The position numbers were made by a program, and so were the translations under genes. From the NCBI GenBank assembly GCA_964019335.1, contig OZ025680.1, positions 534,441-598,440 of the forward strand: a stretch of DNA of 64,000 bases, given 5' to 3'. The notes below the pieces were generated by a model. It was not told where the DNA came from, did not search any database, and saw only the letters and a program-made list of their open reading frames with translations. This DNA comes from Diplonema japonicum. Its lineage: Eukaryota; Protista; Euglenozoa: Diplonemea. Of the stretch, positions 10,763-22,062 are shown piece after piece; position 1 is the stretch's first letter; every line of letters starts with the position of its first letter.

Positions 10763-11770
10763 ATGTCGATCGTGCAAGAGGAGGTCCACACGGAAGAGAA
10801 CCCGGCAACCGAGACACCTGAAGCCGAAGAAGAAAAAGCGAAAAAACCAGTGCGTGCCTTGGTGGTGCTAGTGGGGGAGAAAAAGAAGAATTCTGAAAAA
10901 GGGGAAGAAGAAGAAGAAGAAGATGAGGAGCCCGGGAGGAGGGTGTTCTTGGGGAACCTGCCTGAAAGCGCATTGCGGTCTGAGGTGATATCCTTCTTGG
11001 GTGACATGATGAAGAACGTGGTGATGGTGAAGATGGCGAGGGACAGGGCAGACCGCAAGGTACACAGGGGGTATGCCTTTGTCACGTTCAAGTCGAAGGA
11101 GCAAGCCGACGAAGCGGTGGAGGAGCACAACAACACATATTGGCGGCGTGGGCCGGAGAAGAACGACCGTAGCAGAAAGGTCAACGCGCAGATATCACCT
11201 TTCTTCACTGCGAGGGGGAAGTGCTTCTACTGTGGGTCCAAAGACCACACGAAGGATACCTGCACACGTAGTGTGAAGGGCTTCGCAGGATCAACGTGCT
11301 ACCGTTGTGGACTGACAGGGCACATTGTCAAGGACTGCCCGAAGGTCGCAGAAATCAAAAAAAGAAAAGCAGAAGAAGAAAAAGAACGCCTCAACGACGC
11401 ATCTGGGAGGGCAGCCGCAGGACACCATGGCTCTTGGGACTCCGATGCCAAGAGGCAGCGAACCAGCACATGGACAGAACCCGAGCCCACTGTGAACGAA
11501 ACAGAGAAACCCGCCGAAGCCGCAACAAACCAGCCAGAGGGAAAACCCCCTGGGCACATGTCGAGGCGGGAGAAAGCAAGGGCGGAAAACACCGTGTGGA
11601 AGAATAATTCATGGAAACAAAACCAGTGGTCCAGCTGGGAGAACAGCAACAACAACAGTACCAGCACCGGGTCTACGTCAACAAAAGGGAAGACCCTGGG
11701 GCAGCTCTCCAAAGAAAGGCGAGGCAAGTCTGAAAATACCGTGTGGATAAATAAGGAGAAAAGGTGGTAA
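10763..11770 (+). CDS. RRM + two CCHC zinc-knuckle RNA-binding protein
   Basis: RNP2 VFLGNL, RNP1 RGYAFVTF; knuckles CFYCGSKDHTKDTC and CYRCGLTGHIVKDC. Confidence 0.85.
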   Translation: MSIVQEEVHTEENPATETPEAEEEKAKKPVRALVVLVGEKKKNSEKGEEEEEEDEEPGRRVFLGNLPESALRSEVISFLGDMMKNVVMVKMARDRADRKVHRGYAFVTFKSKEQADEAVEEHNNTYWRRGPEKNDRSRKVNAQISPFFTARGKCFYCGSKDHTKDTCTRSVKGFAGSTCYRCGLTGHIVKDCPKVAEIKKRKAEEEKERLNDASGRAAAGHHGSWDSDAKRQRTSTWTEPEPTVNETEKPAEAATNQPEGKPPGHMSRREKARAENTVWKNNSWKQNQWSSWENSNNNSTSTGSTSTKGKTLGQLSKERRGKSENTVWINKEKRW

Positions 11771-11971
11771 AAAGAAAAATAAGACGAGGGGGGTTTTTTT
11801 TCGACATAAGATAGGGAATGGAAAGAACTAACAGAAAAAGAAAGAGAAGATTCAAAAGAAGAAGACGAGAAGGGAAAAAAAAAAAAAAAAGCTATATCAA
11901 GCAAGCACCTCATTCATGTTTCTTTTATCGGTTGTCAGTACGAATCATATCAGCTTTCTTCAGGATATATT

Positions 11972-12004
<33 letters not shown>

Positions 12005-12011
12005 ACCAGCT

Positions 12012-13196
12012 ATGTCTCACCGTAAGTTCGAGCAGCCCCGTCACGGTCATTTGGGATACCTTCCCCGCAAGAGGTGCCGCCACGTGAGGGGCCGTGTCAG
12101 GTCCTTCCCTGTGGACGATGCCACCCAGGCCCCCCACCTGACCGCCTTCATGGCGTACAAGGCGGGTATGACCCACATCGTGCGTGACCTTGACCGTGCC
12201 GGGTCCAAGATGCACAAGAAGGAGGTCTGCGAGCCCGTGACCATCGTGGACTGCCCCGAGATGGTTGTTGTGGGTATCGTTGGTTACAAGCCCACCGCCA
12301 GGGGTCTCAGGGCCGTGTCCACTCTGTGGGCCCAGAAGCTCTCCGACAGCATGCTGAGGAGGTACTACAAATCTTGGTACGCCGCCAAGAAGAAGGCCTT
12401 CACCAAGTACACTTCCAAGTTCGAGGAGAACAAGGAGGCCAGGGAGACCATGTACAGCCGCATTGAGAAGAACGCCACCGTCCTCAGGGTGCTCGCCCAC
12501 ACTCAGCCCAACAAGCTGAAGCTCGGCAGCAAGAAGGCCTACGTCGCGGAGATCCAGATCAACGGCGGGTCCATGGCCGACAAGTTGAAGTTCGCCCAGG
12601 GCCTCCTCGAGCAGCAGGTTACCGTTGGCCAGGTCTTCAAGGAGTCCGAGAGGTGCGACGTCATCGCCGTCAGCAAGGGTCACGGTATGGAGGGTGTGAC
12701 CCACAGGTGGGGTGTGTCCCGTCTGCCCAGGAAGTCCCACAGAGGTCTGAGGAAGGTCGCCTGTATCGGTGCCTGGCATCCGTCCCGTGTGGCCTACACG
12801 GTGGCCCGTGCCGGTCAGAACGGGTTCCACCACAGGACTGAGCTCAACAAGAAGATCTACAAAATGGGTGAGGCCGCCGCCAAGTGCGAGAAGGGTAACG
12901 CCACCACCTCCATGGACATCACCGAGAAGCACATCACCCCCCTGGGCGGCTTCCCCCACTACGGTGTCGTCAACAACGAGTACGTCATGCTCAAGGGCTC
13001 CGTCCCCGGGCCTGTCAAGCGTGTCCTCACCCTTCGCCGCCCTCTCGCCCCCCAGACCAGCAGGGCCGCCCAGGAGCAGGTCTCCCTCAAGTTCATCGAC
13101 ACTAGCTCCAAGCAGGGTCACGGTCACTTCCAGACCCAGGCCGAGCGTGCCAAGTTCATGGGCACCAGGAAGAAGGACATCCAGAACTCGGCCTAG
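12012..13196 (+). CDS. RPL3: 60S ribosomal protein L3 (uL3)
   Basis: [43 protein letters not shown]; strong codon bias. Confidence 0.99.
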   Translation: MSHRKFEQPRHGHLGYLPRKRCRHVRGRVRSFPVDDATQAPHLTAFMAYKAGMTHIVRDLDRAGSKMHKKEVCEPVTIVDCPEMVVVGIVGYKPTARGLRAVSTLWAQKLSDSMLRRYYKSWYAAKKKAFTKYTSKFEENKEARETMYSRIEKNATVLRVLAHTQPNKLKLGSKKAYVAEIQINGGSMADKLKFAQGLLEQQVTVGQVFKESERCDVIAVSKGHGMEGVTHRWGVSRLPRKSHRGLRKVACIGAWHPSRVAYTVARAGQNGFHHRTELNKKIYKMGEAAAKCEKGNATTSMDITEKHITPLGGFPHYGVVNNEYVMLKGSVPGPVKRVLTLRRPLAPQTSRAAQEQVSLKFIDTSSKQGHGHFQTQAERAKFMGTRKKDIQNSA

Positions 13197-13359
13197 AGAA
13201 CTGCTGTTGTTTTTTATCAATTATTTTATCTTTTCGCATTACCCTGCCTCCCGTCCCCCCTTTTTTTAAGCGATTCGCTTCAATTACGGTATTTCTCTCT
13301 CTTTTATTTTTTTAAATAATCCCTTGTTCCGACATTACCATTAAGGAGGGTATCATAAC

Positions 13360-16326
13360 ATGGCATCACCGGAGATCGTTGCGATCCTGCAGAGGCTTGG
13401 AGATGCGATTGTGAGAGTCCCTGCGAACCTGCCCGCAGTGGAGCGAGACTTGGGAGTACTACAAGAGCAGAAAGGGGTTGTAGGGTTCTGTAGGGAGGTG
13501 CTGGAGGTGATGCAGGGGAGCAGTGGAGTGACCGGCGTGGTGGAAAGGCAGGCTGCGGGGATGGTCGTGAAACAGGTGTTCGAAAGGAATAAGACAGCTG
13601 TGGAAGGCGATGCAGGAGTGCGGGGGTGCTTGATCGAGTGCTTGAAGGACTCTTTGAGTGAAGTGAGGAACACAGCATGCACACTGGTTGCCCAGTTGCA
13701 GTCTAACTGGGATAGCCTTTTCCCCACACTTGTAGAGATAATCAGGGCAGCACAAGCCCCTATCCCAGGAGTCCTCCTCTGTCTCCACCGTCTCCTCGAG
13801 CCATGCAACACCCACCTTCCCACCTGCATGGCGATGGCACAGCTCGTCCCTGACATCATGAGGCTTACACCTATGTCGCCCCAAGAAGGCCTGCTGGTGC
13901 TCCGTGCTATTTTTGAGATCCCCGAACTCCATGAAGACGAGGGGGGTGTCATCGTTGCTGCGCAAGACAGTGCCGCCACTGCCTATGCTAACTTGCTGTT
14001 GAGTATGCCCGACAAGAGCATGGTGCTGGGCAATCTGACGGGCTTTGTGAACCACTGGTCTGCGGTGACCGACCAGAAGCTGATCGACGAAATGCTGAAG
14101 ATCGGGCTGATGGGGCTGATGAACGGAGATGAGAAGCAGAAGAAGACCGCAGCAACGTTCTGGGGAGAAGCAGGGTGCTACGACCCTGTGGAGGGTATCG
14201 TTAAACCTTACGTGTCCGAGGTGGTGAAAGGCCTGGTGCAGTGCGTGCAGTTCACAGACGAGGTGCTTTGCGACAGGCCTGGGTTGACAAACGATGCAGA
14301 CTGCGCCGTGCCTGACGAGGAGAGGGGGCTGGTCTTTCACAAGGAAGACGAGGCAAATGCCGATGATGTGCTAGACGAGCCTGACAGCCACCCCCACCCG
14401 CACTCGAACCTGGCTGATGAGGGGAACCTTCGGGCTGAGGCTCATCTTGCTCTTATGACGTTGTCTGAGGAGCACCCAGCACCCACCGCAAAGATTCTCC
14501 TTGACCTCCTGAAGGACATCGCCACCTACCCTTGGAAGCTCACCGAGGCGGTGCTGACTTCTTTTTCAGCCGCTGCAATCGGGTGCAGCTCGGCCATGAT
14601 GCATTGCTTTGAGCCCCTGTTGGCCACCTTGCTGCAGCTCGCAGATACCAACCCCCACGGCCTAATCAGGGCGGCCAGTATTACAACTTTGACGGAGATA
14701 GTCTCAGCACTGTGCGAGGAGATGTGCGGGGAGGAAGAAGAGGACGACGAGGAGGAGGTTTGTGGGCAGAAATTCCTTCAGAATTTCTTGCCCAAAGTCC
14801 TCACCTGCTTCTCGCAGCATCTCCACGACCCTAACAAGCGCACGCAGACGGCTGCCATCTCAGGAATCCATTCACTGCACAGCGCGTCGGAGCTGTGCAA
14901 CGACCCCTCGAACAGCTGCATCCACTGGGTGCTCGACGCAGGGTGTTCGGGGAGGCTACAGGCGGCAAACCGTATGGCGTGCTTCGAGAAGGTTGCTATG
15001 ATGGTACGTGGGTCGGGCCTATCAGACACAGGTGCAGATGCTATATTAGTAAAGCTGATCGGGTATGTAAAAGGGAAGCTTGCGCAGAGCGGGGCTGAAG
15101 ACCTGGTGAAGCAGACAGAGACGGCGAGCGTGCTGTGGGGCGTGTTGCAAGCTGTGATGGAAAAGTCTGACGAAGGCGATGCGGAGAGCACGAAGAAGAA
15201 TAACGCAATGCTGACAGAGGTCGTACAGATTACAGTCGGGGTTGTAGAGACGGTGACAAAAATGGTGCAAGCCGGCAACGACGCGGGGATGGGCGCTGCG
15301 ATCACAAGCATCGACGTTATTTCTGCTGTGGCCGACACCTTCCCTGAGTTTTTCCAATCACAGGCAGCGGCTACGGTGTCGCTTCTGTCCACCTCCATGA
15401 GCCTCCTGAAACTTTACCACGCCCACAACGGAGCCTCAGGCCTTTCTACGTGCCAGCATCTCATTCACTCGCTGGCGTCCCTTACCGGCGATATTGTATC
15501 GAACTGCTACGAGGCCATCGTCCAGCACCTTCCCCTCCTCACTACTTTCTTCTGGTCCGACATCCTCTCGGGCACCCCTGAGTGCATCCCTTGCGACAAG
15601 ACAGATAGCGAAGGCAGCCGTGCAGTGTCCAACGTGTACTGGGCACTGTCTGAAATTGTTGGGAAAACAACCGACCTGCAAAAAGTGTTCCCAAGCCAAG
15701 AAGCTATTAGTCTTGTTGTCGCTCACGTACTGGAGTGCATTCGCACCCCTGGTGTGCAAGACGGAATGCATCAGAATGCTTGCTGCTTGCTTGGAAACTT
15801 AGTGGGGAAGGCACCTGTGCGAGTGGAGGACATGCTGACGGTGATGCCTTTGTGGCTGCCGTCGGTGGCGTCTTTGGAAGGTGGCACCGAGAAAGAAGGG
15901 TGCCTTGTGTCGCTGACAAAGTTTAACGATCTGAGAATGTTGCTCTGCGCAGGTGTGCTTGCAAGCACATGGAAGGTAGCTGACGTCGAAACTCTGCCTG
16001 CTGCATGCACACCAGGGGTCTTCCGTTCGTGCGGCGGAGTGGCCACGGCTTTCTCAGACCCCAACCTGAAGCTGACACTCGTCTTCTGTTTTGCGAACCT
16101 CCGCTCCTCGGGGCACCTTTCCCTCCCGGAGCTCAATGAACTCTTCGCGATGGCAGAGCCCAAGTCACATCTCGATGAGAACAGCTGGAAACAACTCTGC
16201 AAGTCGCAGTTCTGCAGCCCCTCCACTGGGATTAACAAGGAGCGCCTGGGCGCCATCTACACGCACGGCATGCGCAACCTCGATACTGACTTCGCGGAGG
16301 TAGTCAACAGGGTAGCAGGGTTCTAG
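13360..16326 (+). CDS. HEAT-repeat karyopherin (importin-beta/transportin-like)
   Basis: IBN_N-like RQAAGMVVKQ; acidic loop followed by NLRAEA; WKLTEA, HGLIRAAS, DPNKRTQTAA and HQNACCLLG HEAT units. Confidence 0.7.
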   Translation: MASPEIVAILQRLGDAIVRVPANLPAVERDLGVLQEQKGVVGFCREVLEVMQGSSGVTGVVERQAAGMVVKQVFERNKTAVEGDAGVRGCLIECLKDSLSEVRNTACTLVAQLQSNWDSLFPTLVEIIRAAQAPIPGVLLCLHRLLEPCNTHLPTCMAMAQLVPDIMRLTPMSPQEGLLVLRAIFEIPELHEDEGGVIVAAQDSAATAYANLLLSMPDKSMVLGNLTGFVNHWSAVTDQKLIDEMLKIGLMGLMNGDEKQKKTAATFWGEAGCYDPVEGIVKPYVSEVVKGLVQCVQFTDEVLCDRPGLTNDADCAVPDEERGLVFHKEDEANADDVLDEPDSHPHPHSNLADEGNLRAEAHLALMTLSEEHPAPTAKILLDLLKDIATYPWKLTEAVLTSFSAAAIGCSSAMMHCFEPLLATLLQLADTNPHGLIRAASITTLTEIVSALCEEMCGEEEEDDEEEVCGQKFLQNFLPKVLTCFSQHLHDPNKRTQTAAISGIHSLHSASELCNDPSNSCIHWVLDAGCSGRLQAANRMACFEKVAMMVRGSGLSDTGADAILVKLIGYVKGKLAQSGAEDLVKQTETASVLWGVLQAVMEKSDEGDAESTKKNNAMLTEVVQITVGVVETVTKMVQAGNDAGMGAAITSIDVISAVADTFPEFFQSQAAATVSLLSTSMSLLKLYHAHNGASGLSTCQHLIHSLASLTGDIVSNCYEAIVQHLPLLTTFFWSDILSGTPECIPCDKTDSEGSRAVSNVYWALSEIVGKTTDLQKVFPSQEAISLVVAHVLECIRTPGVQDGMHQNACCLLGNLVGKAPVRVEDMLTVMPLWLPSVASLEGGTEKEGCLVSLTKFNDLRMLLCAGVLASTWKVADVETLPAACTPGVFRSCGGVATAFSDPNLKLTLVFCFANLRSSGHLSLPELNELFAMAEPKSHLDENSWKQLCKSQFCSPSTGINKERLGAIYTHGMRNLDTDFAEVVNRVAGF

Positions 16327-16436
16327 TCCAGAGGTTTAGTTTATCACATTTATTTTCTCCAATCCGTCTCACATCAGTATTCTATTTATGCCTCTTGCAC
16401 CACAATACACATCGCAAGGAAAGAGGGTTGGCAGAT

Positions 16437-18138
16437 ATGAATATGGAAGGAACAGGGTCGCCAGCAGGGCAGACCCAGCAGCCCGACGACCAGCTGATGG
16501 TCCCTGCAAAGATGGTGGGGGGTTTGAATGTGAAATCTACAGGCATGCTGAAAAACTGGAAGCAAAGGTGGTACGAGCTGCGAGGACGGCACCTGTACTG
16601 CTTCAAAGGGAGCGAGACCGAGAAACCGAGCAGTATGATAAATCTGCAGCACAGCATGCTGGTGGTGGAGCCACCGCCGAATCAGAAGCTAAAGTTTAAC
16701 ATAAAACAAGTGAAGGAGTCGAAGGTGTACGAGTTCCAGGCTTTGAACAGCGAGGACCTCACGAAGTGGGTGGAGCAGTTGCGATCTGCCTGTGGAGCGG
16801 GCTACAACGCAGGAGGTGGTGGAGGAGGAGGAGGGACGGTGACCCAAGGTCAAACCACTCAGTCCCCCTCACGGCTGCACTTGTCTCTGCAACATTTGAA
16901 ACTTTTCGACGCGCAGGACGAGCGGAAGCCCGTCACCATCAAAGACTTTGAGTTGGTGAGCGAGCTAGGCAAGGGGTCGTACGGAAGGGTCCTCAAGGTG
17001 CAGAAGAGGGACGCTCCTGGGGTCTTCTACGCTCTGAAGGTAATGAAGAAAGAGGCTATAACTAAGCCCCGCGAGGTGATGTCTGAACGGGCAGTTCTGC
17101 AGAACATCGACCACCCGTTTATCGTGAAGCTTATCAACGCCTTCCAGTCGCCTTCAAAGCTGTTCCTAGTGCTGACCCACCTCCCTGGGGGGGATCTAAA
17201 GCACCACCTGAAGGAGGGCACTCTGTTTGCTGAAGAAAAAGCTAGATTTTACGCCGCAGGCATCCTCTTAGCCCTCGAGCATCTCCACACCAGAAGCATC
17301 ATCTACCGGGATCTGAAGCCAGAGAACCTTGTGCTTGATGAAGTGGGGTACCCTGTGCTCACTGACATGGGGCTTGCACGGGAGCTGCTGTTTGATCCTG
17401 TGGCGTACACCTTCTGTGGCACGCCTCTCTACGTCGCGCCCGAGGTGCTGCGGAACAAGGGCTACACCAAGGCTGTCGACTGGTGGTCCTACGGTGTTAT
17501 CCTTTACGAAATGTTCTTGGGGATCACACCCTTCGCCGCCAAGACCGCGCAGGCAGTCTTCCAGCTCATCATATCAAAGAGTCCACAGGTCCCTCGAGAC
17601 CTCCTCACCCCCGCCACCAGCAATCTCTTGGAGCGCCTCCTCATCAAGGACCCTGTCCAGCGTCTATCCGAGCCTGAGGAAATCCGCTCTCATAAGTTTT
17701 TCGCAGGCATCGACTGGAGTAAATATGCAAGAAGACAGGTATGTGGGAATAAAAAGGAGACACACATCACACAGTACATCGCACCTGGGAAGGGCCAGAC
17801 GCGATCGGCGAGTGTGAAACTAACGGAGCAGCAGGTGTGCAGGGGGAACTTAACGACACCAATAACAACAACAACAGATTCGAGAACTTCTTGCTGACTT
17901 CAAAGAGGACGCTGCGTCCACCCGGCATAAGCCAGAGACATTCCAGGTATGTCTATTTCATTATTCGCATCACATCCAACAGGGCTTCACCTTCTTTGGT
18001 GATGGCAAAGATCAGGCCCCACAGTCACCAGTGTTGCACAGGTCCTCTGGAGGCTATCAAGGGCAGAGCAAGGCAGGATCGCCACATCAGCAACATCGTG
18101 GGATGGACTCCAGAGGCAGGCCACACCATGGGTCGTGA
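16437..18138 (+). CDS. PH-domain AGC kinase (Akt/PKB-like); introns 17739-17774, 17835-17877, 17947-17982
   Basis: PH domain (KNWKQRW...W); GKGSYG, YALK, YRDLKPEN, DMG, TFCGTPLYVAPE. Removing three GT-AG introns extends the frame and builds the AGC hydrophobic motif FQGFTF; stop at 18136-18138. Confidence 0.92.
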
Positions 18139-18199
18139 GGGTGCGAGGGAGAATGGGAGCGTAACAGAAAAAAAAAAGAAAAAAGAAAAAATGAAATAA

Positions 18200-20115
18200 A
18201 AAGAAGAAACCACCTATCCCTTTATCCACCCCCCCCCCAATTTTTTTCTTCCGTGATTCCCCCCCCCCCCCTAATCCCTTCTGTCTCTTTGTCACCTCCT
18301 CCCCTTCTCCTTCGTCCTCTCTTTCCCTTAATGCATCCCATGGTTGGGGTTTTTTTTTTCACGATGTGCAAAATGAAGAGCGAAAAGGAAAGAATTCAGA
18401 GAAACTAATAATAATAGGCAAAACAAAAATTATATATACCCGGGGAGACCCTTCCCCGAGCAAAAGGGGAAAACAAAACAAAAAAAAAAATATTAGGGCC
18501 AGGACCAGCCTGGCTATTCAGAATGCTTGCGAAGTTCCTCAAAAAAAAAAAAAAAAGAGAATAAACTGTAACAAAAAAAAATCCAACTTTGATACACTTT
18601 CTTTTTTTTTTTTTTCAAAAAGGGAAAGACAGGAGGAGTACAAGAGAAAACGGCGAAAAACATGGGGACAAAAAGCAAAAAAAAGAGAAGGCGGGGGGAG
18701 AGGGAAAAAAAAAGGCCGAGAAAAAAGATTTTTTTCTTTGCGAACGGAAGACTTATTTTACGCATGCTTATCCACGCCCCCCTACCCCTACCCCTCTCCC
18801 TCTACCTCACTCTCTAGACTGGGTTCTGGCTTAGAGGCGTTCAGCCATAATCCATCCAGTGGTGGCATTCTCTGGAGGGGAACGCTAATAAGGAATGAAA
18901 TGAAAACAAAGAGAAAATAATAAAAAAAAGAGGCAAAAAGAAATCTTTTAGCAGAGAGAAGGGGGGGGGGGGGGGGGGGCTGGTTTATATATACTTGATA
19001 ATAATATATAAATAAATAAATAAATAAAATGAAATGAAATATGGTCCCCTCTCCACATATTTATATGTCACAAAACTAGTGCATTCCCTCAAGGGGAGTA
19101 TTTGCACTACCCCTCAGCACAACACAAATTGCAAAAAAAAAAAGAAGAAAGATTCCCATTTTCTTAAAAGAAAATAAGATACAAAATGGCGTAATGGAAG
19201 TGCTGCACACATAGGGCTGTAATTAGTAATTTTGTGAACTACTAGAAAAAAAGAGTAGCGGCAACATGTGGTGAGAGTTATATAAGAGAAATGGCCGTCT
19301 TTGGAAGGGAAAAAAATTCTTTTTTTCTGTCTGGAATTAAAATATTCGGTTTTTTTTTGGGGGGAGGATGGGGGAAGCGGAACACAAGAAAAAGGGGAAA
19401 AAACGTTAATTTGATACAAGGAGGGCGTTTTTTTGACCTCCCCCTTCTTTTTTCGGAGGTTACGAATTCGCTTACGTTTTTATCCAAAGGCGGTGTCTAC
19501 CATGGTCAATTATAAGGTACTTGGCGAGACTGGAAAAAAAAAAGAACACATTTTCTCGCCATCTCTGAGAATTTAGTTCTGGGCTACAGTCCCATATTTT
19601 TATATATATATATATATATATTTCACCGCTCAAGGTAGAGGCACGAATTCAAAAATTCTTTGAATACAAATACCGAAAACTCGACCATTAAATACCATGC
19701 CTTGTCTGCTGGTCATGAATCGTGGCCTATTTGTTTTCTTTTCTTCTTTTTTTTTTCTGGTGAATAGAACCAGCAGAAAGAAAAAAGAAAAAAAAAAGAA
19801 AAACAATGTTCTTTATTGGATAAAAATTGCCCCCCACCCCCATCCCCAACTGCTCGAAAAAAAAGAGGGGTAAAAAAAAAAAAAGGCAAACACTTTCTTT
19901 TTTTTTTCTAGAGGCCGTTTCTTTTGCACCCCCCCCGCTCCCCCTCTTTGGAAGAAAAAGGAGAAGGGACAAATATAGTACAAACAAAACAAAACAAAAT
20001 AAAAAAAAAAACAATATCGATTACCGTATTTCTAAGGAATTAAGGTCTGAAAACGATTAAGGAATTAATTTTATTAAGTTTGTTGAGTGAAGATCAGACC
20101 AAATTTCATTCTTTA

Positions 20116-20151
<36 letters not shown>

Positions 20152-21502
20152 TATTTAATTTAAAGTATGGTAATTCTCAAAGAGAAAAAAAAAAGGGAAA
20201 AAAAAAGAGAAAACCAACCTCCTTTCTTTTTTTTTTTTCTTGGTGTTTTAGCCTTATATAGGCAACAACTCCAGTATGCTGCAAAAAAAAAAAAATAAAA
20301 TAAAATAAAAAAAAAAAAAAAAAGTAGATCAAAGTTAGAAAGGGAAGAAAAAGAAGAAGGAAAAAAAAAAAAGGAAGAAAGTGACAAAAAAAAAAACTTC
20401 CTCCCTCCCTCCCCCCTTATTGATGTACCGCCTTTGGACTGTGCAGTGTTACACAAATGAACTGCATTTCGATTTTGGAATCAGCAAAATACAAAAAAAG
20501 AAGATGGGCAGGGGAGAGAAGTAGGAAAAAGACACTGGAACGTAAAGATGATCAACATGCCCAGATTGAAGGCGTTCTCGTCTGCCTTGATGAAGAGTCG
20601 AAGCAGAGAGCAACTGCTTTTTGCCTTCTTTCCCTTGTCTAACCGTTTACAAGAGTTGTGCTACGGGGCCCAAAGCTGCCTTTAAATGGCTCTATATCCA
20701 CCTCCCCTAAAAAAAAAAAGAAGGAAACTACTAGAAATCACACTCCAATCTTATGGGAGCTCAAAAAGAGCTTTTACTTTTTTTTTTTTTTTCTTTTTTT
20801 TTTTTTGCCAATTTTTTCAACCCTTCTTCCCCCCCCACCCTCTGATGATTTTTCGTTCTTTTTTACAGTAAATCTTTTTTCATTTTCTGCAGACGGGAGA
20901 GGGGACTACACAAGGGAAGAGGGGGGGGGGGGGGGGGAGAAAGAGAAGAAAAAAATCCCCATCCCTTTCCCCATTTTTTTTTTTCCAAATAAAATTTATA
21001 AAAAAAAATAATAATAAAAAAAAAAGATAGCTTTATACAGAAGTGGTGCTGAATTGGGGAGATTTCTTTTTTGTTCTATTTTCACGCTCCGTGGCGGTAT
21101 TCTCCTCTTCAATAACAAAAAAAAAAAAAAGAAAAAAAAATCAACATAAGCACCCGCACCATGTGCATACTAGGGCGGGTGTTGTGAGAAGATACATAAC
21201 CAAAAGGAAAGAGGAGCGGACCAAGCAAATCAGCTTATCCGGAGTAGTGATCCCCACCCACCTTCTTCTTCTTCTTTTTTTTTTGTTGCATAGAGCTTGC
21301 TAGGCTAAGAACCGTTTCCTCTCACCGATCACGCGCTTTGGCCCGCTCCTTGCCTCCCTCTCGTCTGTGGTGGCTAGTCACGTGATTGACACTAATTAGT
21401 GCGTTTTTCTTCTTCTTTTTTTTTCCCTGCTTGAATGTAACCCTCTGTGCTACCACCCTGGGGGGCAGAACGAGGGGTATGTGTTTGTGTTCCTGATTTG
21501 TG

Positions 21503-21538
<36 letters not shown>

Positions 21539-21921
21539 TCCAACCAACACAACCAACCTGGCGATGGGTAGTAGGGCCTGTCTTGGTTACCTTTAGGTCG
21601 TGCCGCTTGCTGGGCACGGTTGATAGGTAGCTTTTGTTTAGTCGTCTAATGGGAAGTCTGTTAGTTTGAAGGGGTGTTTTTTTTTTTTTTTTTTTTTTCT
21701 CCTCTATTTCTGTGTGTGCGCGTGTTGTGTGGCTGAGGTGGCTACAAGTGGCTGCCCGGGTGATAAACAGCATTCCCTCCCGCCCCCCCTTTCCGCTTGT
21801 TTATTTATTCTTTTTTTCCTGAATTTTTTTTTTCTTTGAGGCTGCACACACCCCCGGAACTACTTTGTTTCAAAGTAGTGCTCACAAGCTATATATCCCG
21901 CCACCACAGTCTCAAGGTGTC

Positions 21922-21958
<37 letters not shown>

Positions 21959-22058
21959 CGTGAGCCTTTTTTGCAGAACAGAATATGAAGAGTACCCTTC
22001 TCCTCCAAAGAAAATATGGATATGATTTCCGCCCACACGACCATTTCCCAGGTTCGCC
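18200..22058. repeat. AT-rich low-complexity spacer with many A/T/G/C homopolymer runs
   Basis: Dense poly-A/poly-T tracts; ORFs here are poly-K/poly-F artefacts. Confidence 0.8.
18813..18870 (-). pseudogene. Isolated ~58-nt fragment of LSU (28S) rRNA 3' region
   Basis: Reverse complement contains GGATTATGGCTGAACGCCTCTAAGCCAGAA, a conserved eukaryotic LSU motif; flanks are not rDNA. Confidence 0.8.
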
Positions 22059-22062
22059 TTAA

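Noticed and set aside
11925-13220. 431-aa minus-strand ORF
   Set aside because: Antisense shadow of codon-biased RPL3.
16395-17897. Kinase C-terminus as given by the ORF track (VCGNKK...RTSC)
   Set aside because: Reads through introns; the spliced model recovers the AGC hydrophobic motif.
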